In this document: positions 38,771-52,957 of the stretch, piece by piece | Position numbering within the stretch: the first letter of the stretch is position 1 | Layout of the letters: every line of letters starts with the position of its first letter | Assembly (NCBI RefSeq): GCF_018977255.1 | Contig: NW_024704742.1 | Location: 105,092,001 to 105,156,000, forward strand | Direction of reading: 5' to 3' | Length of the DNA stretch: 64,000 nt | Origin: Callorhinchus milii | Taxonomy: Eukaryota | Translations under genes and position numbers: made by a program | The notes under the pieces: model-generated | Told to the model about the DNA's origin: nothing | Seen by the model: only the letters and a program-made list of their open reading frames with translations | The model's database searches: none

Positions 38771-39372
38771 ACAGGTTACAAGGAATATGCTTGAAGAATT
38801 TGTATCCAACTTAACTAAATTTAAAGAATCCAATTTCCAAATGAGTTCATCTACCACAACTACACGTGCTGTAAATCAAGAGAAAAACAAATGTGAATTA
38901 AAAAAAAGTAGTTTGTTGGAAAATAAATGAGAAATATATTTAGATTCACCAAGAGGTAGAATGTAAAATTTCAAAGACTTTGAGGTTGTCAAATGTAGAA
39001 TATAATCATATCAGAGCAGGTTATAATTTGAAACTCGAAAGTAGAAATAAGGAAATTAGGGTCCCATCAATTATAAATAAGATAATATATGGACTGGTTA
39101 AGATGCTATGATAGCATCATAAACTTTGACTTGAGTTTATTAAAGACATGAAGCTCTAAAATGAATTTGGTTCTTCACCTGATTTTGTTCAATCCAACAC
39201 ATAAAAATGGGAGATCATGGGAGTGCTTCATTCTCTTTATTCGTGGGCAATATCACCAGAGAAGCAGTCAGGCATTCAAGCAGTCAAGTCCGTTTTGGTG
39301 TATTAATGGATCATGGAGATATTTGAAAAACTTCCTTTTTTTACCCAATTCCTAAACAATATTACAATCAAC

Positions 39373-39550
39373 ATTAATAATCCTTGCATTTGATATAGCG
39401 CTTTTCACGTCGGGAGGACGTCCCAAAGCGCTTCACAGAACACACTGTAAAGTGAATTGACTGTATATTTGTGGGCGAACGCGGCAGCCAATTGCGCACA
39501 GCAATGTCCCACAAACAGTCGTAGATTGAAAATGACCGATTTATTATTGT
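39373..39550 (-). mobile_element. Young SINE 3' half
   Basis: Near-identical reverse complement of 4736..4912. Confidence 0.9.
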
Positions 39551-40414
39551 TGAATTAAATTAATCTAAGCAAGCTATTGGTCATTGTATCATGCAATTCA
39601 AACTAGAGTGATACTGGGTTTGATTTCATGATTCTTGTAGACAGGATTACAACCATGTACTTTGAAAGCAGCTGCTTATGTTTCCCAGTTGGAATTCTGT
39701 GTCAAAGGTACATCGTCCAGCCCTTTTCCATGTCTTTCAAACCCTATTTGCCTCTACAATTAGTGTCTCTCATGATCAGATTGTGTTTCAGAAGAATACC
39801 TAAAACTGCTCTTTGATAGAATTTAAACTCCATTAAGGAGCATCTGTACTAACAAGAAGTCAGGTTATATTTATGCAGTATGTTATTTGAGTCAAACAGT
39901 GACTTTTTAGCATAGCTGCTGAGTCTGAATAAAGCCATTTTCAGCTTTTACTATAAGACCACAGGTACAAACTACTGCAAACAAACTTTCCTGCTTCCTA
40001 CAGTCTTACAATGACTGGTTGGAATAATAGCAAAAATAACTGACAGATTAAATTATAGGAAAGAAAACAATGCTTGACAGAGGCAACAGATTACTATTGG
40101 TCTGCTTGTGGGCTTCTAAACAGGTTTTATTGTACATTAATCCATCATACTTTCTACAAAGGATTGTTATTACAAATCTAGTATATCTTTCTACTTTCAT
40201 TAATCTAGGTGTCATCGAACACTGGTCTTTAGTAAAATGTATAACCTAATGCTATTTGAAGGCAATTATTGAATAAATGTTGAACCCAATTGTTCTTCAT
40301 ACAATGCATAGTTGTCAGGTTTCTTGGTTGAACCTTACAGTGCTAAATGTGAGACTTCAAACAAGACCAAATATGTTTAGCTTTTGAATGCCTTTTCCAG
40401 TGGATGAAAACTAC

Positions 40415-40843
40415 AAAACAACAACACGATTGCATTTATCGAGCGCCTTTCACGTCGGGAGGACGTCCCAAGGCGCTGTACTGTTGGGTCAGGACCCGAG
40501 CATGGGGGAAATGGTCAGGGTGAGGGGAGGGAAGGGGCGAGGAGGGGGTAGAGAGTTGAGAGGAGAGCTGAAGGCACGGTCAAAGAGAAAGGACTTGAGA
40601 CCAGCCTTGAAGGAGGAAAGGGAAGAAGCGGCGAAGGCACTGGGGGATGGAGTTCCAGAGACTCGGGGCTGAGAGGCTGAAGGCCCGACCACCGATGGTA
40701 GGGCGGTTGGGGCGGGGATGTGGAGCAGACCGGAGCCAGAGGAACGGAGGATACGGGCAGGTAAGTAAGGGGATAGTAGGTCAGAGAGGTAGGAGGGAGC
40801 AAGGCCGTGAATGGCCTTGTAGGCGAGAATGAGGATCTTGAAC
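40415..40843 (-). mobile_element. Young L2-type LINE 3' fragment
   Basis: FKILILAYKAIHGLAPSYLSDLLSPYLPAR; closely similar to the copies at 9168 and 31274. Confidence 0.93.
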
Positions 40844-41254
40844 ACTGTCACTGCACGTTATGGCTTATCCTGTGAAGTGCTTTGGGAGTCATTCCACGTG
40901 AAAGATACTATACCAAATGTAAGGATTATTATTAATAATAATCTTGATGAACCTACAACAGTTAAAAATAATAATAGTAATCCTTGCATTTGATTATAGC
41001 ACCTTATCACATCTTCTAGATGTCTCAAAGTGCTTCACTGAATATACTGTAAAGTGAATTGACTGTATATTTTGTGGGTGAAACGTACAGAATAATGACC
41101 TTATGAAGCCAAAATGAGTCTTGAATAAAAACTGGACTAACATAACTGGAGCAATTCTCCCAAGTTAATTGAAATTTTTAATGAAACATTGTATTGTTCC
41201 TCCCAGTTACATATCACAAATATTTCCCTTAATTGTCATGTTAGGTCAGTTTCA

Positions 41255-42483
41255 GTCTCATCTCAAGATATGTCCCAAGGTGCTGAACAGTCAGGGATTA
41301 GGACACGGGCAGAGGTGGGGGGATGGGTGGGAGCAGGGAGGGTGGAGGGGGGCCAAAGGCACGGTCGAAGAGGAGGGTGTGCCCTGAAGGCAAGAGAGGG
41401 AGCAAGGCAAAGGGAATTGGGAAGGTCGAAAAGCAGGACGTTGGCATAGTCGAGCCTGGCTGTAATGAAGGCATGTATGAGGGTTCCGGTGGCGGAGTCA
41501 GAAAATGTTGTGGAGGTGGGGGAAAGCAGAGTGGGTCATGGCACGGATGTGGGGGAGAAAGGACAGTTGAGGGTCGAACAGGATGACTACGTTCCTGACT
41601 GGCTTGGTGAGGTGGAGTGTGCATCTGCGGATGCTGATGCTGTCAGTGCCTGAGGTGCTGAGGCACTGGCGCAAGCCGAGGAGAGCCTCGGTCTTGCTGA
41701 CGGTCAACTGTAGAAAGTTAGTTCTCATCCAGGACTTGATGTCTGACAGACATTCTGTCAGGACATCAGTGGTCCTAGCAGAGAGAGGCAGAGAGATAGA
41801 GTTGGGTGTCAGCTACATACCAAGAGGGAGCATGTACAGGTTGAAGAGGACCAAGCCCATACGAACACCACACAAGACGGTGCAGGGGCTGGAGGAGTGC
41901 ATACATAGGCTGGAGAATACTCTACTCACCACTACTTGGATAACTGAGACCCTAATTCATATGGTCATCTCGTCCAGGCTTGACTATACCAAAGTTCTAT
42001 TTGCAGGACTCTCCAGCTCTTCCCTGTACAAGCAGCAGACTACTCAGAATTCTGCAGCCCACGTCTTCTCCCATACCAGGCATCCCATATCTCCCAACCT
42101 CGATCAGCACTACTGGCTCGCCATTCCCCAATGGATTGAATGCAAGATCCTGATTCTCACATTCAAATCTCTCCAGTCTCGTCCCAACCTATCTCTACAA
42201 CCTTCTTCAATCACACCGATCTGATACTCCCTTCGCTCAGCAAACACTGGCCTGCTGCATGTGGCCTGCTCTTAAACCCCCAACAATGACACTATGTCCC
42301 CATTCACTGAACCTCCATCCCAGAGTACCTCTAACCCCCAGCCTCCATCTTTGACCACTTTTTCTGTCATCTTTCTCCCCCCCTACCTCCTTTGGCTCCC
42401 CCAGCTCACATACCCAGGCAGCATCATCAAGTGCTTTAAGATAACCTGATGGGAAAGGCACTATATAAATGCAACTTGTATTG
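41255..42483. mobile_element. Two L2-type fragments head to head (minus about 41255..41905, plus about 41925..42483)
   Basis: Minus strand MRTNFLQLTVSKTEALL; plus strand ETLIHMVISSRLDY...QNSAAHV...YWLAIPQWIECKILILTFK; tails at the outer ends. Confidence 0.8.
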
Positions 42484-43551
42484 ATATGCATTAATGACTG
42501 GTCTGTAAATGCATACAGCAATTTTATTAATGAACTTCACTTAAAAAAAGCTTAATGGTGTAAATGGGAACATTTCGATTGCCAATTCCATAGTATCACA
42601 TTTTCTGGATTGCATTAAAATGAAATATTTAAGATATACAGTATTCTCCTGGTAGAAGGAACCAAAGTAGTGTCCTTCAAACGTTGTTTTTGCCACAGGC
42701 AGTTATTACTTCAAAACCCCAGAAGAGTATTTCAGACAAGACATTATTTTACCCATAATAAAACAAATAACCTTAATAGCACTGAAACTGGCTTCTTTGT
42801 CAATGTAAGGTCAGTGTTGTTAAGACATTAAAATGAATTGAATACAATTGAAAGTACTCTTTCATTATTAAACACCTCTGGGCATGTGCTCTTCCAAGGT
42901 TAGTCTAGGAATCTCAGAGGTTCTCTTTTCTTGAATAAATATTATGCATCAGTGCATCAACATGTTTCTTGTGGCAAGGAAGAAGATAGGGTCAGAAAGG
43001 GCCTAGAAGATAATGTCCACAGTTCCACAGCTCATATATTCCAGAGAAAATAAAACCTTTGCTCAACGTAATGAGTTCCTGAAAACATTTTGTCCCTAAT
43101 TGTAAATCACCTGTTTAAGTAAATGGTGAACTTTGTAAATCTCATCACACTTGTGTTTCAACTTTCATTGCCACTCCAAGGTACTGGAATGAGTTGTTAC
43201 TTCCTTCCTGGCTTCACTCCTTCCTCTCCCTCTGTTCCCTCCAATCTAGATTCCGCTATTCTTAAAGTACAGAGACTGCCCTGATCAAAGTCACAAATGA
43301 TATTCTTTCCATCTGTGAAACATTATATTATTAGAATATTTTAGAAGACATAAAACTTAATAATTACTTATTTTTTTTACATAGATTCTGAACTGGTAAT
43401 ATACTTATTAATCATTTGTATACTGTATTTTGAAGTTCCTATTTTGCTATGAATTAAATTGAAAATCTGTAGTGTTCATGCATATTGGAATAAAGTTTCA
43501 ACATTTCATGATTAATAATTTTCATAATTAATAGTAATTTTAGTAACTGTT

Positions 43552-43648
43552 AATAATAATAGTTGCATTTGATATAGCACTTTTCAGGTCTCAAAGCACT
43601 TCACAGAATTGACTGTAAAGTGAATTGACTGTATATTTGTGGGCAAAA
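43552..43648 (-). mobile_element. SINE 3' tail fragment at the left junction of the duplication
   Basis: AATAATAAT...TGCATTTGATATAGCACTTTTCA...GTATATTTGTGGGCAAAA; homologous to 2552..2664. Confidence 0.85.
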
Positions 43649-45479
43649 TTATTATGACTTGACGATCCAGATGTTGGTTATTTTTGAAGCAGGGAGCAGG
43701 TTGGCACACTTATGAGTTTGCCCAGGGGATACAGGAGCGCAACTGACATCCTGCCCCATTGTAGCACTATTTGGGATTTTATGGATCCTAACCACTGCAT
43801 TATAGTGGAGCTATACTGTCTAATAAGCAGCATAGTCTCTTTCTCTTGTCCAGATAATCACAGTGGATGGTTTGCGTTGCTCTGAACATCACTGCTTCTA
43901 TACTGAGATGATCCACGATTATTGTTTAGAAGTCATAATGACACATTTCATGCTAAATGTTTTTCTTATCAAGCAACCTAATTAAATCAGTCAAATTGTT
44001 TTATCGTTGGCATCTTATATGAATACTGTGACACATGAATAAAGTGTCTCTAGTGCAACTTAGAATTAATGTTGTTGTAGCAAAAGGATCGGTCAGTTTC
44101 ATGAACTGCCCCCACTCTCCGGATTTCCATCCCGGAGTCCTACCCTTCAGAGTCCGCTACCCCTTGGATGGAAATGTTTGTCTAATTAAATTTGTTTTTA
44201 TTTTGATCAGCTTGTGTCTTGACACATGCCCAAACCCATTGCTACGCTTTGGAGTACCCAAAGCAGATAGGCCTTCTTGTATAAAGAGATTTGATGTTTA
44301 ATGGTCTTATAGTTAAATGACCAGGATTACAAAAGTGGGGGGAAAAATAAATTTATGTCTGGTATTTACCCAGGAAAGGCTGGAGTAATTAGGTGCACTA
44401 TGTTCAGGATTTTATTTTTGTTTTTCTCTTTTTTGAGTTTAGTTTCTCCTTTGCAATCTGGAAGCAGGAGTTCTTGTCTAACAATTTCTATTCTCTGTTG
44501 CAAGTTGCTTTAGAATGGGGATTGATTGACCATGTTCATCCAGCAAATAAATGTCAAAGGTCATCCTTTGAAATAGTTACCATGGATTGTAGGCCTAAAT
44601 TGGTGTGGTTTGGCTCTTCTTTAAGAGGGTGTTGTACTTACCTAAGCATTTCATTTTCTGTACATTGTTTCATTTCATGCTATGGCTGCCTTCATGTTGC
44701 TAAACTGGAAAATGGAAGTACTTTTGCACCTAATGTGGTAGAATCAGTTTGAAATCTTACTCGAATTTGGACACAATTATCTTTTTGTGAGTAGTTTCTC
44801 CTCTGCAGTCTATCAACTGCAGCTGGAAGTAGATGTTCATGTTTTTTACGATCTCGACCATTCTTGTGCATCTGTGATGTGACTTCAGAAACGGACAATG
44901 ACCCTATGCTTTACTGTGCTCTACACGTACTGTTCGCACACCACCAAGCTTTTCAAAAGGCAGTTACTAAGATACAGATCAGAAATAAATACTCACTTTA
45001 TTTACAACCAGATCTATCACAAAACACTGTGTCTGTGTAATTGGAGAATACAATTGTACTGTACAAATGACCTTTCACGGTGAGTCCTCCCAACATTTTA
45101 TAACCCACAGTCATTCTTTAAAAGAAGGCACGACAGCCTATAGTTGGCTTTCTTTGCAGACAAAAAGCACCACATGGCAAACCTTCCAGTGTTCTACGAG
45201 TTTGCAGCAGAACTGCAACATTTGAAGTTTATTCCATCTGAAAGCCTCAAAGTGAAACAGCAACACTGTCAGAACAGATTAGAAATTCTGCTTTCATGTG
45301 ATATCAGACATTCACAACAGCATATCTACTGTCTTTTTCCAGCATCAATTTCTATTTGTGGCCACCACAAAAAATTATACAATTATTATTGCCAACCTGG
45401 CTCAGCCGGTAGGACTCTCACCTCTGAGTTAGAAGGTTGTGGGTCAAGCCCCACGTTGCGATTTTGAGCTCAGAGTCTA
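43649..45479 (+). repeat. Inverted duplication, copy 2 (probable inserted copy)
   Basis: Matches the reverse complement of 613..2551. Flanked by direct repeat TATTTGTGGGCAAAA at 43634..43648 and 45478..45492. Confidence 0.97.
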
Positions 45480-46619
45480 TTTGTGGGCAAAACGATTAAT
45501 GATTAAAGCTGCAGGTAATATCCCAAACTTTGCCAGGAAAATTAAATCAGATAGAGTTTCTTTTATTTCTGCTGTAATGTTAAAAGGTGAGGGATCCTAT
45601 CTCAACTTGACAGTCTCAAGTGCAACAAAGGTCTGAGGAGGGCAATTTTTAAAAAGCTGTGTTCTGTCAAGGTGTGAAATGATCTTTGTAAAACTAGGAT
45701 TTGCTGTTCAATGACGTGACATCTGTAGGAATCTGGCACCAACTTCCTCTAATTTGTTGGACCCTCTTTTAAGGTTATTGCAAAGGCTGTTGTTCTTTTT
45801 GTGTTACCATTATTGCGCTTGTGTTAAACATCTTACTTAAATGTATTAACTAGTATTAACCTAATTGCTATGATGAAGCGCATTTCTAACAGGGTTGCAT
45901 TGTATAACAATTGGCGCCAGAGAGAGAGTGTTTTTTGGTGAGTATCCATACCAGAATAGAATTCCACATATGCATGTCACCTAGGCATGAACATTTCCTT
46001 GAGCGTTAAGTGATTTTTACATGAGCAGTTTATCAATTAGCAAAAATAAACAAAATGTCCTGTTTCAGAAATAAACATATTAGCCATTTTATGTGAGAGA
46101 GAAAAAGGAAGCAAAGCACATTTACAATGAATATGAAACGAGTAAACAACTGGAGCACTATGAAATGATTTACCACAAGTTTCAAAGCAAATTTCAGAAC
46201 AAACAGTCTAACTCATTTGAAAATGATTTTCTAATCGTGAAGGTTACGCACAAAGTAAATCCAGCCATGCAATTTATTCTTCAACACACCCGCTGCCATT
46301 CCTCCTTCATTATGTTCTGCCAGCTACTGAACACGTAATAATTAATTAAGATTAATGGTAACTTAATCAACTGAAACTTTAAATTCCAAATCAAAGGAAT
46401 TGCAACACTGTATCATCACTGAAACCACAGCTTTTATTTAAAGCTCACCTACATTAAAAAAATCTAACTAATGAGTGGCATTTATAGACAATTAGATGCT
46501 AATTCATTTAAATTCTAATTAAATTATCACATAAAAAGCTAAAATTAGCAACTTCAGTATGTGACTATTTCTTTCCAAGGACACAAAAAAGAACTCTTCA
46601 ACTCTAAGCATACAAGAAT

Positions 46620-48350
46620 CTGCTGACTTCTCCTCCCTTACCTCCTCCACTCTCGATTCCCTTGCTCCCATCTCTTCCCGGTAAGTCACCATGGTACACC
46701 AGCCACCTCCGCTCCCTTAAAGCACAGGTGCGTGCCACTGAACACAACCGACTTAAATCGAACTTAATGGTCCATCGGCAGATCTGGCTGGATCTTATCA
46801 AATCTTACCACTCTGCCCTCGCCTCCACTAAATCTTCATTCTACTCTAAGACAATCTTGGAGGCCAAGGACACCCCAGGTTCTTCTTCTCCATCACCAAC
46901 CGGCTCCTCCATCCAGCCTGTGAGGCAATGCTGAACTTTTCAAATCCAAAGTTGAGGGGATCCGATCAGCTGCCTCTGCCCTTCTGTCTAATACATCCAC
47001 ACCCCCATATCCCCCTCCCACCCCGGCCCCTACCCATCCCTTCCTCTACACCTTCGAACTTATCTTCTACTCCTCTCTCATCACCAGTATAACCTGCATG
47101 AAACCAACCACCTGCTCCCGTGACCCCATCCCTACCCCCTCTCACCTCCCATATCCACCTCTTTGCCCCTCTACTCACAGACATCATAAACCTCTCCCTG
47201 TCCACTGGTACTGTTCCCACCCCATTAAGAACGGTCATCATCACTCCTATCCTTAAAAAACCCTCCCTGGACCCATCTCTAATCCCAAACTACCGCCCTA
47301 TCTCCAACCTCCCTTTCCTCTCCAAGGTCCTGAAATGAGTTGTTGCTTCCCAGCTTTGCTCCTTCCTCTCCCACCACTCCCTTCTCGAACCCCTCCAATT
47401 GGGTTTCCGTGCCACCCACAGCATAGAAACAGTTCTGGTCAAAATGACAAATGACATTCTGGCCACCTGCGACCAGAGCTCCTTCTGCCTCCTCGTCCTT
47501 TCTGCTGCCTTCGACACCGTTGACCACTCTATCCTCATCCACCTCCTCTCACCTCAACCTCCATGGCGCTGTCCTTGACTGGTTCAGATCATACCTCTCA
47601 CACCGCTTCCACTTAATCTCCACAAACGATTTCTCCTCTAGCCCCCGCACCGTCTCATACGGTGTTCCTCAGCGCTCTGTCCTTGGTCCCCTCCTCTTCA
47701 ATATCTATATGCTCCCTCTTGGTGACATCATCCAGACATCATCCGTAATATCGACCGGCTCTGCCACTGTCTCACACTGCAGGCCGCCAAAACCTTCATA
47801 CATGCCTTCATTACATCGAGGCTTGACTATGCAAACTCCTTGCTTGTCAGCCTCCCCGACTCCTCCATCTATAGGCTGCCGATCATCTAGAACTATGCTG
47901 CTCGTTTCCTCTCCCGCACCAGGCTCCATGACCCTATAATCCCCATCATCGCCCGACTCCACTGGCTTCCCATCACACAGAGGGTAAAGTTCAAGATCCT
48001 GGTTCTCACCTTCAAAGCCCTCCATGGTCTTGCTCCCCCCTACCTCTGCGACCTCCTAACCCCCTACCATCTTACCCACTCCCTCCACTCAGGGGGTTCC
48101 GGTCTGCTTCATTTCCCCCCCCCCTTGCTTACCCCACCATCAGCGGGAAGGCCTCCTGCCACTCTGCCTCACCCTTTGGAACTGCATCCCACAGTCCCTC
48201 CACCTCGCCCTCTCCCTTGCCTGCTTGAAGACCCATCTCAACAACCTCCTCTTCAACCGTACTTTCGATCACCCTGCTTCCCCCCCTCCACCCTCCAACC
48301 CTCCCCAATCCCGAAGTGAAAGGCGCTATACAAATGTAATTTTGTTGTTG
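46620..48350 (+). mobile_element. L2-type LINE, degenerate RT region to 3' end
   Basis: PWYT, IITPILKKPSLDP...[36 protein letters not shown]; frameshifts and internal deletions. Confidence 0.93.
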
Positions 48351-51300
48351 TACTCTGATGCAAAGCAATCAATAGCCTGTTTTAGAGCTAGTTATTCTTT
48401 AGCGCTATTGTAATTAACAGACAACAAGAATTTATATTGTGCGCTTCATGCAGGGTGGAAGCTTGGAGTACTTAACAATAGCATAGTTTGAAACTGAATC
48501 AAGGAGATAGGGGAAGGCGACACTAGGTATAGTTGAAGAGGAAAGTCTTCGGGTGCAATCTGAAAACAGGCAAAGAGGGAATGGCAGAGGGATTGAGTTG
48601 AGTGGAAATTGAGCATTTAACAATTATAAAAAGTGAAAAATTTGATTGATTGTTTTGCTATTCTTCTTTATACTTGGGAGTGGCTCAACTCAAAACTGAG
48701 CTGATTATACTTCATCTCAAGGGGCAGATTTCTACTCATTTGGAATCTGGAATGAGTTCCAAAACAGTCCACAATATACTACTAAGATACAAATTATTAC
48801 TTATCAAATGCTTGCAACGTTAAACAGCCAACATTGCACTGTTTCAAGTTGTGCGTATAACGCACAGAAAGTGACATTAGTGGTGCTTGCTGTGCACACC
48901 ATGAAACCTGATGACCCATGCACCAGAAGGTGTTTTTTTTTTACTGAGAGCCTGCTTATCAGCCAAAGAGGTCACATACATAATGCTTTCTGTTTTGTGT
49001 GGATCCATAATAAACCTGTGTTAGAAGCAGATCTGTGATAATTCAAGGCATCTTTTTACAGGGTTGCATTATATTTCTAACATTACTGTGAAATTTAATG
49101 GACTTGGAGTGTATTATATTGAATTTGCTACAGCAAGAGACTGAATTTTGCTTGTATTCTATTATATTGTGCTTTTGAAGTTAAGAGTTAAATATTCATA
49201 ATTTCCATCCCCATAGTACTTGTTTTCTGAAATTACACATCAATTGTATAAATTGATCAAAAAACAAAGACTTGCAAGTGAGAAGCCGATCAATTCATTC
49301 TGTAGAAAGGAAGCTATGATACATGGTTAAATAAAAGTCTCTAATTGTAACATTAAAACTACACTTTTTTGTGGTCACCCAGGAGTCTGACACATGAGGA
49401 AACTCATCATCACGCTTAAGAGTATCCAAACTAAGCTGAGAATTTCATACCTCCCACATCTCCACATGGAAATCCCAGAGATAGATTGTTGGAATGGAAT
49501 ACACACTCTCCCCGGAGGGACGTATTTTGCTTACTTAATTTCGGAAAGTATTAGGCGCACGTTGGCAAAAGCCAAGGCTTGGAAACCTCGGAGTGTGTGT
49601 TGGGGTACTGCTGGAGTGTAAACTGCCAATACTATAGCTTGCCATTGATATTGCTGTCCAGCAAGCTTTCCTGCTGTTTGTCCAGCCAGGACCACCCTAC
49701 CCGATAAGGCTTAGGCTTGCAGGGTTCATAGTAGCTGAGTGAGATGCCTCCCTACCACCAATCACTGGTTTGCCCTTCCAGATCCTGCTGATGAGCCCAC
49801 CTGTGGTGGTGGGGGCATTTAAATAAGTGCATTTCATTTCATTTTAAACAAAATTCTCTCTCCACTGGATGCATATACAGAGCAGATGTACAATTAATTG
49901 CAGAATACACACTTTATAGTCCATTCACACAAAATGTCACCTGAGAGTTAAGTTCCTTCCTAAATGGAATAAGCTATAAACCCTCACATGCATACCTTTT
50001 ACCTCAAAAACAACCAAAAGATCCAAAAAAAATCAAAGATAAACAATTCTTGTTTTTTTTGCTGTAATCAACTGTAGATTAAACAATAATTTTTATGAAT
50101 TAATAAAATTAAAGATCTCAATTTCTGCATCTTTTGTCAACTATAGAATACTGTATTCCCATAATTGTTTTTAAAATTCAGCTGAAAAGAACAAAAAACA
50201 TTGGGCATTCAGAAGCAATACTGACAGGTTTTGTAAGATGCATCCAGTTGTTACAACAATCATACCTTTGAAAAATTAGATTTCAGGTTTTCAGTCTGCT
50301 GTGAATGGACTTGGAGAAGCAACACTAACCATGTGGAATACAAAGTGGTGGTGACAACCATGCTTTTTCACCACTGTAAACCACAAACAAAATTTTGAGA
50401 TAACAAAATATATTAATGGCTATGGCCATCCCTCTGCATCAAGAATTGTCACTTGTAATGTAAATATCAGTGAATTTTAAAAAAAAACAGATCTTACATA
50501 AAAGTTTATTCTTAAAATTTTTTTTAAAAACTCTTAGAATGTAAAATTGTATGGAGTGTGTGCCAGTGGAACATGCAGTTGGCTCAAAAAAGCTTTTCCC
50601 CCACATTATAAACAATAGTAAGTTGCATTTATGTGGCATACTTCACATAAGTTAATATCTTAGAGAGGTCTATAAACTGGAGCTTCATCCCAAAGCATTT
50701 CAAAAGCAGACCAAAAAGATTTAAATTCCACAACAGAGGTATTCAGGTTTTCTACAGTTTTGCATTTTGGACACAATGGCCATGTGCTTTCAAAACAGCT
50801 TTAAAGCATGATCAATGATACCAAATCCTTATTTACACAACCAAATCCCTATTAGCTTGAAACTGTTGTCACCTTCCAGCACAGAGTAATATTAAACTCG
50901 CTGACTACAGATTGAGGATGGAGGATGTATCATTAATATAAATGATCGTCTGGTACATTTTGGAACAGCAATCCTGATTGTTCCTTCCAAATTAGCAAAA
51001 ACTCAGATGATATAATATGCTGTTTACAAATATTCATTGAGCTATACACCTTCCATGTAATGTTTCCATCAACTATAGTTAACCTCCTTCTCATTGCCAG
51101 CTAATATGTGGTCTTGTTTTAATCAGATAAGATATCAAAGTGACATTTTTGCGATAGAATACCCAAAGTATTCCTCGAGGGAAATCTGACATCTTTTGTT
51201 CCTCCAAATGCAGGGATACTTAATGTAACAATACATCACGTCTGCATGATCGGAATTAAAATGTTTAGAGAAGAAACATAGCAAGGTTTTGAATAGTACC

Positions 51301-51361
51301 CAAAGTGAAGCCACTAATGCTACCCAGATAACAACAACTGCACGGTAATAAAATCTTTTTA

Positions 51362-51529
<168 letters not shown>

Positions 51530-51589
51530 TTAACCAGAAAAAGAAAACAATGAGCAAATCAAGCAGCACAACATGGACTCGTATTGCAC

Positions 51590-52597
51590 TTGTCACATAT
51601 AACATCTCACCACCAAGCGCAGATGGAATTTTGGGAAGGAGATCCAGAGAGTTGGGGTATAGTGGATGAAAGCTCAGGTTCTAATAGTAGAGGTGAAGGA
51701 TATGGAAAAGGGCCAAAGTTGGCAGAATTCAATATTTATTGAGATTCTAAGATCTGCCACAATCTAATGAACTGGTGGAACAGGCGGGCTGGGCTGATTG
51801 ATCTCCTCATTTTGCGGAGTTGCGGAGGTGGGGGAAGGCAGAGTAGGTCATGGCACGGATGTGGGGTAGAAAGGATGGTGGAAGTCAAACAAGACGCCAA
51901 GGTTCTGGACTGGCTGAGTAAGGTGGAGTGTGCATCCATGGATGGTGATGCTGTCAGCGCCTGAGGTGTGGAGGTGCTGATGGGAGCCAATCAGGAGGGC
52001 CTCGGTCTTGTTGCCATTCAATTGAAGAAAACTAGTTCTCATCCAGGACTTGATGTCTGACAGATATTCTGTCAGGACAGCAGTGGTTCTGGAGTCAAGG
52101 TTGGAGGCAGAGAGATAGAGTTGGGTGTCATCCCCATTAGTGTGGAAGTTGACCCCATGTCTGCGGATGATGTCACCAAGAGGGAGCATATAGATATTAA
52201 AGAGGAGGGGACCACGGACAGAGCCCTGAGGAACACCGCACAAGACGGTACGGGGGCTAGAGCAGAAACCGTTTGTGGAGATGAAGTGGGTGCGGTGTGA
52301 GAGGTACGATCTGAACCAGTCAAGGACAGAGCCGTGAAGGTTGAGGAGAGGTGGTGGATGAGGATAGAATGGTCATCGGTGTCGAAGGCAGCACAAAGGT
52401 CAAGGAGGCAGAGGAACAGAATATAATTTGTCACTTTGACCAGGGCTGTTTCTATGCTGTGGGTGGCACGGAAACCCGATTGGAGGGGTCCGTGAAGGGA
52501 GTGGCGGGAGAGGAAGGAGCAAAGCTGGGAAGCAACAACTCGTTCCAGGACCTTGGAGAGGAAAGGGAGGTTGGAGATGGCACGATAGTTTGAGAAT
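51590..52597 (-). mobile_element. L2-type LINE RT fragment
   Basis: [40 protein letters not shown] and [15 protein letters not shown] motifs. Confidence 0.92.
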
Positions 52598-52602
52598 CCT
52601 TT

Positions 52603-52957
52603 TAAAAATAAAGAGATTCAATAGGGTAGATACAGAGAAACTATTTCCTCTGGTAGTGGAATCCAGAACAAGGGGGCATAATCTTAAACTTAGATCTAGG
52701 TAATTTAGGAGTGAAATTAGGAGGCAGGTTTTCACCCAAAAGTACTTGGAAACCTGGAACTCTTTCCCGCATAAGGCTGTGGATGCTGGATCCATTCACA
52801 TGTTCAAAACGGAGATAGATAAATATTTGTTAGGTCAGAGTATTGAGGGATATGGGGCAAGAGCGGGTAACTGGACTTGGAAGTACAGATCAGCCATGAT
52901 CTTATAAAATGGCGGAACAGGCTCGTGAGGCAGAATAGCCTACTCCTGTTTCTATGT
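52603..52957 (+). mobile_element. CR1-type LINE 3' fragment
   Basis: Similar to 17110..17469 (TRGHNLKL, WNSFP; GATCAGCCATGATCTT...CCTACTCCTG 3' UTR). Confidence 0.88.

Noticed and set aside
49788..49830. CTGATGAG followed by a hairpin, as a second hammerhead candidate
   Set aside because: No GAAA box follows the stem.
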